NCBI GenBank assembly: GCA_951406725.2
Contig: OX597828.1
Span: forward strand, 21,576,001-21,640,000
Reading direction: 5' to 3'
Source of the DNA: Octopus vulgaris
Lineage: Eukaryota
DNA length: 64,000 nucleotides
Shown here in pieces: positions 29,737 to 40,337 of this stretch (position 1 is its first letter; each line of letters starts with the position of its first letter). Below the pieces are notes generated by a model, which made no database searches, was not told where the DNA came from, and worked only from the letters and a program-made list of their open reading frames with translations. Both the position numbers and the translations under genes were made by a program.

Positions 29737-30589
29737 TCTTTTCTACTCTAGGCACAAGGCCCGAAATTTTGTGGGGAGGGGGCCAGTCGATTAGATCGAC
29801 CCCAGTACGTACCTGGTACTTAATTTACGGACCCCGAAAGTATGAAAGGCAAAGGCAAAGTCGACCTCGGCAGAATTTGAACTCCGAAAGTAAAGACAGA
29901 CGAAATACTGCTAAGCATTTTGCCTGGCGTGCTAACGTTTCTGCCAAGTCGCCGCATTTGGGAGTTCTATAATCTTTTCTACTCTAGTCACAAGGCCCGA
30001 AATTTTTTGGGGAAGGAGCCAGTCGATTAGATCGACCCCAGTACGCAACTGGTACTTAATTTATCGACACCGAAATGATGAAAGGCAAAGTCGACCTTGG
30101 CAGAATTTGAACTCCGAACATAAAGACAGACGAAATACTGCTAACCATTTGGCCTGTCGTGCTAACGTTTCTCAATTCTTTATTGCCCACAAGGGACTAA
30201 ACATAGAGAGGACAAACAAACAAGGACAAAGGGATTAAGTCGATTACATCGACCCCAGTGCGTAACTGGTACTTAATTTATCGACTCCGAAAGGAAGAAA
30301 GGCAAAGTCGACCTCGGCGGAATTTGAACTCAGAACGTAGCGGCAGACGAAATATCTATTTATTTACTACCCACAAGGGGCTAAACACAGAGAGGACAAA
30401 CACGGACAGACAAACGGATTAAGTCGATTATATCGACCCCAGTGCGTACGTGGTACTTATTTAATCGACCCCGAAAGGATAAAAGGCAAAGTCAATCTCA
30501 GCGAAATTTGAACTGAGAACGTAACGGCAGACGAAATACGGCTGCGCATTTCGCCCGGCGTGCTAACGATTCTGCCAGCTCACCGCCTT
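29737..30589 (-). mobile_element. Tandem array of four SINE-A copies (tRNA-like head, GCCTTTCATCCTTTCGGGGTCGATAAATTAAGTACC core)
   Basis: Four head-to-tail copies with two different 3' tails. Confidence 0.88.
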
Positions 30590-31230
30590 CGCATTAATTC
30601 TGAATGACCAAGGGATCTCCTATGACATAAAGTGCGATGTAATGTATGACAACTAAATCTACCTCTGTTCTCATTTTGTGGTCTTAAATAAACGAAAAGC
30701 ACATTGCATAACAAGAGTTCTGAGAAAAAAATGAAGCAATACTTTTTGAACATAGGAACCGTGCAAAAGCTGTAATGACAACAACAATACCAGCAACAAC
30801 ATACAAACAATAAATCTATTTCTCTTTAAGCGGATGCAACATATACTCACTCACTCGCTCACTCACTCACTCACTCACTCACTCACTCACTCACTCACTC
30901 ACTCACTCACTCACTCACTCACTCACTCACTCACTCACTCACTCACTCACTCACTCACTCATTCACTCACTCACTATCTCTCTCTATGTCTGTCACTTCC
31001 TTCTGTACACACACAGACACGCGCATACATACAGGCAAACAGACATATATTTCTCCATCTCTCTCTCTCTAGCTATACACTCTCACATACACACATGTAC
31101 ACACACACATACATGATATACGCTGATTTTGTATTTGCATTTGACTCTCCCTAGAAACAAGACACATAAATACATGCATGCATACATACATACATACATA
31201 CATACATACATACATACATACATACATGCA

Positions 31231-31262
<32 letters not shown>

Positions 31263-31317
31263 CATATGTATATATATATACATATATACATATACATACG
31301 CACACACACTCACACAA

Positions 31318-31387
<70 letters not shown>

Positions 31388-31477
31388 GAACACACCCACG
31401 CACAAACCTAATGTATATAACTTTATATATACCCAGGTCTCTCTTTCTCTGTCTACATAGCCATATATATATATTCA

Positions 31478-31510
<33 letters not shown>

Positions 31511-32145
31511 CACATACACATTCACGTATACACACAAATACACGCACACATACACACACACACGTACACACACACATAACGTATCAACGCAATCGTTGTC
31601 CGCAGCCGGAGAAAGCCACACCCACCCTTCTTTTCATCTCCATCATTGTTAACGCATTACTATGCTAACTGCATTGCAGTTATTATACAGCGATTTATTC
31701 AGAATGTTTCGCCTTTAATCGTATAAGTTTACGCTCGGTCAATCGAACAGATTCCATGTTTGTTCAACACAGCATTCAGCCATTTTGAAAAAGTCAGTAG
31801 ATAATGCTTCTAAGTTAGCCTGTCTGGCTTTATTATCTCTTGTCTTATGTATATATATATATAATAACTATACAACGTAAATCAATAATAAAATGTGTGT
31901 ATGTGTGATAGTTAAGATCATTTATGTGCAACTTTAATAATTAATTAATTAATTAATTTACTAATTAATTTTTAATGAGACAGCATATTTCAAAAGATAT
32001 GTAACGTACACTTGTTAACGATTGCATCGCTGGTTTTTGCAGCCGGGTTTTCAATAAGAAATCTAAGGCGTAAATCTGTGGTTCACTGCACTTTTAGACC
32101 TAGCATGCCGTAATTGCTGTTGCCGTTGCTGCTGCTGTTGCCCCA

Positions 32146-32224
<79 letters not shown>

Positions 32225-33425
32225 TTACTACTACTACCACTACCTCTGCTGCTGCTGCTGTTGTTGTCAGTGATGCCGGTGTAGGTATTGTGTAGTTTCA
32301 GATCAATCATGGTGAAACTGAAGGATTTTCAAAGCCACATTCCATCCGTGATTTTCCATTACATTTGATTATCTGAGATAGTTGTACTGTACGCGGTATT
32401 TCCATTTTTCTTATTCAAGACCGTTAGAGTACCATCTAAGGAAGATTTGAGTATGATACTAGTTCCTATTTCTAGCAAGTCGGGAAGCCTAGAGAAAAGT
32501 CCCTTCATTGAGTCATTGTTGTTGATATTTTGCGCTTTTAGCTCCTGGTCATCCTTAAACATAGAAGATATTTAGGACATGACCATCTAATCTTTCATAC
32601 AGATGAGACAAAAAACAGAGAGAACATGAACTCAAGAACAAAAATAAATTATTAAAAAAGAAATTGGGTAGAGAGAAAAGTGGATATTTACCCCTTTCTT
32701 TGTCTTTCTACTCAATATTTGCTAACATAAGTTGCTGTTTTGTTCACATTCGTTCTCTGCCGTGACTCATACTCATATCTCCATTAGTAATTGTCTCCAT
32801 CGTCCCTCCAACAGATTCTAAAAGTCTTTTTATCATATGGATTTACTATTTTCATCATGTCTATTTTTATCATGTGAGTTTACCATGAATATATGGCGTA
32901 CTACTACGGTATTTGCTGTTCGTCCTTGTGCAAATATGCTCGAAGACATTTGCTGGAAAGTAAGCGTGTACCTAGCTTCCTGTAAGAAGATTCTAGTTTT
33001 GCTTATTTACCGAGTGTATTAATGGCTCAGAATTGCCGCCTCTTTGCATAATATGCATTATAAAATCAGTGATTTAGTGAATCATTGAAACTGCTCTAAG
33101 TGTATATCTTCATCTTCTCATAATGTATTGTGTGTGTATATATATATATATACATATATATATATTAATAAATAAAACATATGCATATATATATACATAT
33201 ATGTACGTACCTACCTCTACATGTATATATACACGCATATATGAGTACGGGACACCAAAAAAAACGTCGAACACAATGAGAAACGAAAACATAGACACAA
33301 ACCCAAGGAACTGGACATTTTTCTTAAACAACAAAAAAACAAAAAAATAGAGTACAGGACAAATAACACAAGGAAAAAACCCCTTCTTCAGTCGCCATGG
33401 TTTCATCTACTCTACGTTTCGAAGG

Positions 33426-33470
<45 letters not shown>

Positions 33471-34382
33471 TAGTCTCTGGATGCAAGCTTAGCTGGGTGG
33501 GGCTGTTTTTCTCGCCCTTGTAAACATAAGGCCGACAGGAAGCATTGATGCTTCCTAGGGCTAAATAGCGGCGGTGTGATTCCCTTCATGGGACTGTCAC
33601 ATTAAGCTGACTGTATAAGAACACGAAACGGAGCGAGAAAATCTAGAGTTGCTTAAGCTCAATGATAAAGAAGAACAGATGGAAGAGACATGTTTGCAGC
33701 CGGGAGAAATTACAGATACAGTCGGATTTTCAATAAGAAATCTAAGGCGTAAATGTGGTGAAAAAACGTAGGCGATAAGTATAATTACGAGTGTAATGCA
33801 ACTTCTGTAAAACTGATTTCATTTTTCTTTTCTTCTCCATATCTCTTTTTGCTTGGCATTAAGGACTGTCCGGATAATTCTTGCGGAAGCAATGCAAATA
33901 TTTTCTGCACAGTAATCACTTCCCCTACTTTATGGAGGTGAAGATTTTCATTTCAAACTACGCTTTTAGAGTTTTTCTCAATGCTTCTAAGGTTCCTATA
34001 AAACGGACGAAGATGTGAACGAGGCTGTAGACTCGAGAAGGAAAACACTCGAAAAGAAAGAAAACGAGAGGAAGAAGAAATGTCGTATAAAGAATGAATC
34101 TGGTGAAAAAAACGTAGGCGGTAAGTATAATTACGAGTGTAATGCAACCAACGTTTGAAAAAATGTGAATTGAACTGCAAATGAACTGAGAATTGAACTT
34201 GTGTTATTTGTTTTGTGAAATTGTAAAAAAAATGAAAAAAATAATGTAATACTTGAAAAAAAAAAAAAGAAAAGGAAAATAGAAAGACTAATGTGAACAA
34301 TTAAGGATACATTTTATACGATAAGGATAAGAAGGCTATCGTGGTTTCGCCTCACAGTGAGACCCGATGGTATAGGGAATTA

Positions 34383-34613
34383 AGGCGGCGAGCTAGCAGA
34401 ATCGTTAGCACGTCGGGCGAAATGCTTAGCGGTATTTCGTCTGCCGTTACGTTGTGAGTTCAAATTCCGCCGAGGTCGACTTTGCCTTTCATCTTTTCGG
34501 GGTCGATAAATTAAGTACCAGTTACGCACTGGGGTGGACATAATCGACTTAATACCTATGTCTGTCCATGTTTGTCCCCTCTATGTTCAGCCCCTTGTGG
34601 GTAATAAAGAAAT
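34383..34613 (+). mobile_element. SINE-A full copy
   Basis: Near-identical to 16283-16514. Confidence 0.88.
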
Positions 34614-34809
34614 AGGTATTGGGAATTAATGTGAAAAATTCACGGTTCGTCTCGCAGCGGGAGTGAGTCGAACCGTCTCATTCTAATTATTTGTTAATCA
34701 TTCCATCATTCGATCAATCATACATCATTTGTTTTATGTTTCCGTGTCTCTTGTTATGACCCCTCTATATAATCAGACCATTGTGCCTATAATAAAGAAA
34801 AAAACCATG

Positions 34810-34860
34810 CTGCTCCAGACTGATGACGAGCAAGACTCAGAAACTAGTCTCTGGTTGCAG
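34810..34860 (+). ncRNA. Minimal type I hammerhead ribozyme motif (Penelope-like element type)
   Basis: CCAGA-CUGAUGA-cGAGcaagaCUCa-GAAA-CUAG-UC|UCUGG: intact core, 5-bp stem I (extendable), palindromic tetranucleotide in place of helix III. Confidence 0.75.
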
Positions 34861-35070
34861 GCTTAGCTGGGTGAGGGTGCTTGTCTCTCCCTTGTAAACA
34901 CAAGGACACAGGAAATGTGTCAAGGCCGACAGGAAGCATTGATGCTTCCTAGGGTTAAATAGCGGTGTTGTGATTCCCTTCATGGGACTGTCACTTTAAG
35001 TTAACAGTATATAACTGCTCGATCGTACCACCACTGCTTATATATCTTTGAGATATTTAGAAATGTAATA

Positions 35071-35147
<77 letters not shown>

Positions 35148-35192
35148 TTTTATACTGAATATAGAATAGCAGCTAAAACTTTTTTAAAACTA

Positions 35193-35284
35193 TAATACTT
35201 AAAGAAAACCTCTCTCATATAGTGCTTGCTCAATTCAGCTGAATTGAGCAAGCACTATATGAGAGAGGTTTTCTTTAAGTATTA
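35193..35284. repeat. 92-bp perfect spacer-less palindrome
   Basis: Centre TTCAG|CTGAA at 35238/35239, 46-bp arms, extendable to ~35175-35305. Confidence 0.95.
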
Positions 35285-35461
35285 GAAATAGTTTTAAAAA
35301 GTTTTTTATATTTCTAATGAGTTCAGTATGCGGCAAAGTATTTATTTTACTAAGCCCTTTTATATAATGTAATAATTTGAATTCGCCTTAAATGGTCCCT
35401 TTGCATACTGAACACTTGGTGAAATTGATTAATAATTAATTAATTTTACCCTCAATTGTTG

Positions 35462-35523
<62 letters not shown>

Positions 35524-36114
35524 ATATATGTATGTATATATGAATGTATGTATATAAATATACTTAGATATTGCTCTCTAGTTTCTGGAGATTCTTCGGC
35601 ATTTTTTTTTTTTTTTTTTTTTAACTCAACTCAACTCAACTCAACTCAAGCTAACATAATCTCTCCTTGTCTTTAATCTCAAGACTTTTGAACTCTACAA
35701 TCCTACTATACTACTCTTTTACTACCATCGGAGGATAAATTTATACAAATCTATATACAACCTGAAGAAAGAGGAACAACCCAAAACTAAATACTAAACC
35801 CAAGACTAGTTCTAAAACTAGTCCCGTGAGTACAATTCTTTTTTCTTGGTCTGTATCAAACACACCGCTCATCCCGATTGTACTAATTAGATTGTACTAA
35901 TTACACTGAACTCTCACACACAAGCCACGAATTTCCGAGTATATCGACACAAACTTTCCAACGGTGTATTCACTATTTACCGAGTATATCGACACAAACT
36001 TTTCAACAGTGTGTTCACTATTTTACATCAAGCCATCAATAACTGGTGTACACATACATACACACGCATACACATACATACATATATATATTACACAACA
36101 CTACCCCACTGAAT

Positions 36115-37389
36115 ATGGCCAATAATTTTCAAAAACGCCGCTGGGTTGAAAATGAAATTACTGCAATGATTAACGCTTGGTTCATCCATCAAAACGAAGC
36201 TAATGTTTATAGCAAAATAACTGAGGATTTAACGAAAAAATCCTTTCACAGATCTGTAAAACAGATAGAAAATAAATTAAAAGAAATTGTTAGGATATTC
36301 CCTATTTTTCACGCGCACATGGCTACACTAAAAGCCATTCTTGCCAACGAATCCAGTACAACAAATGACCAAATCCCAACAGGTCAGTGGTCACTTCAAC
36401 AGCAACAATCAGCTGACCTACTTCCATTGACAACAGCACCTGATGAACCAAGTCAAGTCTCACCTTCGCTACAGCAACAAAAACAACAACAACAACACTC
36501 TAATACTACCACTAGTCAAGTTCCAATGCTGCTACAACTCCCCACTACTGCCACAATAGGAAAATCACTACTACATCCGCGTAAAACCATCTGCCACTAC
36601 TACTCTCAAGGCAGCTGCAGATTTGACCACATACTGGCAAGCCAGAACCCACCATCACAAAATCAACAAGCTGCTTCTAACACCACCACCACCACCACCA
36701 CCACTACTACTACTGCCAAAATAGAAAAACCACTACTACAACCAAATAAAACCCCCTGCCGTTACTATTCTAAAGGCACTTGTAGATTTGGCCCCAGCGG
36801 CACAAACAAAAATGGACGCTGTGCTTTTCCCCACCCGACCTTATGTCGTAGACTTGCTATGGGCACCTGTCCATACGGTATAACAGGAAAAAATTGCCCC
36901 CACCTCCACCCCAAATACTGTCCTAAATACAGAATCTATGGTTCTGACCCTAAATACGGATGCATAAGAGGCAATGAATGCACCTTATTCCATCCTAAAC
37001 TGTGCCAAACTTCTGTCTCACAAAGGATGTGCCTGAACCCAGAATGCAACAACCACCATCTGAAGGGCACAAAACGATCACAGAATAGATATGAACAGGA
37101 ACAGAGGAAATCTAGGACAACAACAAGAACAAAATACAACCACGTTTCCCCTCCTACAATCAAACTACGTAGACAGAACCAGGAAAAAACACCAAATAAC
37201 GCCAACTTGAAATATGTATCCTCTGACCAAGTGGCAAACCAAACAAGTAACTCTTTTTTACTGACATACCTGGAAAATATGAAGGCCGACCTAAGCCAGG
37301 AGATCCAGCGAGCCATCACCAACCATCTATGCAAATCACAAGGACCACTCACCCATTACCAACTTCCCTTACCTCGACATTCCTGTTAA
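36115..37389 (+). CDS. LINE ORF1 protein: N-terminal Myb/SANT(trihelix)-like domain, Q/T-rich linker, four CCCH zinc fingers
   Basis: First ATG at 36115 (the track's 36046 start is a GTG in (CA)n). RRWVENEITAMINAW...YSKITEDL...RSVKQIENKLKEI fits the trihelix pattern. Fingers: C-x7-C-x12-C-x3-H, C-x7-C-x8-C-x3-H, C-x13-C-x5-C-x3-H, C-x8-C-x4-C-x3-H. Confidence 0.85.
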   Translation: MANNFQKRRWVENEITAMINAWFIHQNEANVYSKITEDLTKKSFHRSVKQIENKLKEIVRIFPIFHAHMATLKAILANESSTTNDQIPTGQWSLQQQQSADLLPLTTAPDEPSQVSPSLQQQKQQQQHSNTTTSQVPMLLQLPTTATIGKSLLHPRKTICHYYSQGSCRFDHILASQNPPSQNQQAASNTTTTTTTTTTTAKIEKPLLQPNKTPCRYYSKGTCRFGPSGTNKNGRCAFPHPTLCRRLAMGTCPYGITGKNCPHLHPKYCPKYRIYGSDPKYGCIRGNECTLFHPKLCQTSVSQRMCLNPECNNHHLKGTKRSQNRYEQEQRKSRTTTRTKYNHVSPPTIKLRRQNQEKTPNNANLKYVSSDQVANQTSNSFLLTYLENMKADLSQEIQRAITNHLCKSQGPLTHYQLPLPRHSC

Positions 37390-40337
37390 ATGTACGTGGC
37401 ATCAACCCATCAATTATTGCCCAAAAATGGAAGATCCCATATATAGAGAGTTGGCTTGCCGAAATGGCACATTGCTTCCCTTTCTTTATCCTTACCGAGA
37501 CTCACCTGAACAACACCCATATGGACGCAGAGGTGAAAATAAAAGATTTCACCATTGTTCGTGCGGATCGCACAGACCGAAATAAGGGAGGGACAGCCAT
37601 CTTTATCCATGACTCCTTTTCACTTGATGCCAAGGACACATTTTCCAATGGCTACTGTGAATCGGTATCAGTATACAACAAAGCCAACGACATAACCATT
37701 GTTGGTCTTTACAGGCCTCCCCAGGCACCTCTAAAGTACTTTGAAGAGTGCCTTAGCAAAGTCAAGTCCTTCCTTCGGAAGTACCACTCCGGAAACATAA
37801 TAGTGATGGGTGATTTTAACCTCCCTCATGTGAACTGGCCCACAAATACTCCGAAGTTAGGCAAGTGCTCTACATCAGATAGGGCAGCAGCAGAACTGCT
37901 CTTTAATCTGATGGATGAGTATTTCCTGACTCAGCTAGTGCTTGAACCAACGAGACAGAATAAAACGATCTTGGATCTGGTACTGACCAATCACTCTAGC
38001 TACGTTCACAGCATTTCAGTCGAAAAAACTCTCCTCTCAGACCACGACATGGTACTCTGCAATCTTAATTCCCGACGTATAAAAACCAAACCAGCCAATC
38101 CCACTCCATGGCACCCATTTGACAACATAAATTTCCACAAAGCGGACTGGAGAACAATCAGAAAGGATCTGTCTTCCATCGACTGGTCTTTTACTCTCAA
38201 TTCCCCTCATATTGAGACCGCGTGGCAGCACTTTGAAACCATTGTCACCGACACATGCTCTAAACACGCTCCCAAGAAATCTACTAACACAAATAGAAAC
38301 CGGCTCCCTAAAAAGAAAAAAACACTCATCAGGCGCATCAAAAGACTCAACAAAAAAATCAACCAATTAAAATATTCCCACACGCATCATCCACATTCAA
38401 CAACAATGAAAAGACTAGAGCTGGAAAAACTTCATCTGCAGACTAACATGAAAACCTCCATTGAAAATCAAAGAGCTGTGGAGGAACAATGGGTAATCAA
38501 AAACATCAAACAGAACCCAAAAGTGTTCTATTCTTATGCAAATAAGCATAGAACCACTGTCTCACCTATTGGGCCATTGATTGATGAAAACGGCATTCCC
38601 CAACACGATGCTAAAGAAATGGCAGAAATACTGCAGAAACAATATTGCTTTGTCTTCAGTGTTCCCACTGATATTGATGTGAGGGAAACGAACGAAGCTG
38701 ACTCCCAACACAAAATCGCAGACATAACCTTCACTGCCACCGACATCGTAGCAGTAATAAATGAGGTCAAACATTACTCCGCTGTAGGCCCTGATAGATT
38801 TCCCGCCAGTCTCCTGAAGGAATGTAGATATCAACTTGCAGTCCCTCTGACCAACCTCTGGAGAAACTCGTTAGACGCAGGTTATATACCGAAAAAGTTT
38901 CTATCCCAGTCGGTCATCCCGGTTTTCAAACAGGGAAACAGATCCCTCGCAGTCAACTATCGCCCAATCTCACTCACCTCCCACATCATTAAAGTGTTTG
39001 AAAGAGTGTTAAGATCAAGGATAGCTGACTTCCTGGAGACCCACAAACTCCTAAATTCAAATCAACATGGCTTTCGCTGTGGCAGGGACTGTCTAACACA
39101 GCTCTTACACCACATTGAAGATGTACTCAAAGCCTTGGGAACAGGTTCGAACTCTGACGTCATATACCTTGACTTCAGTAAAGCGTTCGACAGGGTAGAC
39201 CATAACATCCTACTCTCAAAATTGGCAAATGTTGGAATCCGTGGAAAAGTTCTACACTGGATTCAGTATTTCCTAGCGAATAGAACACAACATGTTGTAG
39301 TTGATGGAGTCCACTCAAACCCAGCAAAAGTCACCAGCGGTGTTCCCCAGGGAACTGTTTTGGGTCCGCTACTCTTCATAATTTATGTAAACGACCTTTC
39401 CAGTGTCGTACATCACTGCAAAGTGAAAATATTCGCTGATGACACTAAGCTCCAGCAAATCGTCAATGAAGAAGCAGACCGAACTCAACTCCAGTCTGAC
39501 CTATATGCTGTGAGTCAATGGGCAGACAGAAACAAAATGCAACTGAATGAGGGAAAATTTGAGCTGATGCATTTTGGAAGAAATTCCTCACTAAAACAAC
39601 CATACTCTCTTCCTTCAGGGGAACCGCTCACAGCCTCTAACAATATCAGAGACCTGGGTGTAATTGTTGATGACGATCTCAGTTGGAGTGCACACATCAA
39701 CAAGAAGGTCGATACAGCTCGTAGGATGAGTTCCTGGATCTTAAGAACTTTCCGGTCCAGAGAACAAGGTGTCATCATACCACTTTTTTCATCCTTTGTA
39801 CGGCCACACCTTGAATACTGCTGCCCACTGTGGTCTCCTCACACAAGACAAAACATCTCCAGAATTGAGTCACCCCAGAGGGCTCTCACTAAACAAATTG
39901 AAGGCATGGCTGCTCTCGACTATTGGGATCGCCTTAAAGCCTTGAAACTTTACTCCCTCCAGCGTCGCCGTGAGCGGTACATCATTTGTACGATGTGGAA
40001 AATATACCGCCAACTTTGCCCAAACGACCTAAACATTAGCTTCAAGGTTCATCCGAGACTTGGACCACGGGCTATACGTCCCCTGCCAAATTCAAGATCA
40101 CAACATACATGTACACTGCAACATAATTTCTTTTCCTCAACAGGCCCTGTCCTATTTAACATTGTCCCGAGGGAGATCAAAGAGGAAAAGGATCCCATCA
40201 ACTTCAAACAGAGTCTGGATAGATTCCTTCAAAGAATACCAGACAAGCCACCCATAATTGGATACAACTCACCCAACAAGAACTCACTACTTGAACAAAA
40301 CTGGATACAACTCACCCAACAAGAACTCACTACTTGA
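37329..40337 (+). CDS. LINE ORF2: apurinic-like endonuclease + reverse transcriptase (1002 aa)
   Basis: APE motifs LNVRG, LTETHL, YRPP, GDFN, LDLVL, SDH. RT motifs YRPISLT, QHGFR, YLDFSKAFD, GVPQGTVLGPLLF, FADD. C-terminal RPHLEYCCPLWSP and YSLQRRRERY. Confidence 0.97.
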   Translation: MQITRTTHPLPTSLTSTFLLNVRGINPSIIAQKWKIPYIESWLAEMAHCFPFFILTETHLNNTHMDAEVKIKDFTIVRADRTDRNKGGTAIFIHDSFSLDAKDTFSNGYCESVSVYNKANDITIVGLYRPPQAPLKYFEECLSKVKSFLRKYHSGNIIVMGDFNLPHVNWPTNTPKLGKCSTSDRAAAELLFNLMDEYFLTQLVLEPTRQNKTILDLVLTNHSSYVHSISVEKTLLSDHDMVLCNLNSRRIKTKPANPTPWHPFDNINFHKADWRTIRKDLSSIDWSFTLNSPHIETAWQHFETIVTDTCSKHAPKKSTNTNRNRLPKKKKTLIRRIKRLNKKINQLKYSHTHHPHSTTMKRLELEKLHLQTNMKTSIENQRAVEEQWVIKNIKQNPKVFYSYANKHRTTVSPIGPLIDENGIPQHDAKEMAEILQKQYCFVFSVPTDIDVRETNEADSQHKIADITFTATDIVAVINEVKHYSAVGPDRFPASLLKECRYQLAVPLTNLWRNSLDAGYIPKKFLSQSVIPVFKQGNRSLAVNYRPISLTSHIIKVFERVLRSRIADFLETHKLLNSNQHGFRCGRDCLTQLLHHIEDVLKALGTGSNSDVIYLDFSKAFDRVDHNILLSKLANVGIRGKVLHWIQYFLANRTQHVVVDGVHSNPAKVTSGVPQGTVLGPLLFIIYVNDLSSVVHHCKVKIFADDTKLQQIVNEEADRTQLQSDLYAVSQWADRNKMQLNEGKFELMHFGRNSSLKQPYSLPSGEPLTASNNIRDLGVIVDDDLSWSAHINKKVDTARRMSSWILRTFRSREQGVIIPLFSSFVRPHLEYCCPLWSPHTRQNISRIESPQRALTKQIEGMAALDYWDRLKALKLYSLQRRRERYIICTMWKIYRQLCPNDLNISFKVHPRLGPRAIRPLPNSRSQHTCTLQHNFFSSTGPVLFNIVPREIKEEKDPINFKQSLDRFLQRIPDKPPIIGYNSPNKNSLLEQNWIQLTQQELTT

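Noticed and set aside
36046-36114. Track start of ORF1
   Set aside because: GTG within a (CA)n/(TA)n tract; ATG 36115 directly precedes the folded domain.
36936-39778. Antisense ORFs within the LINE
   Set aside because: Short shadows of the coding strand with no recognisable motifs.
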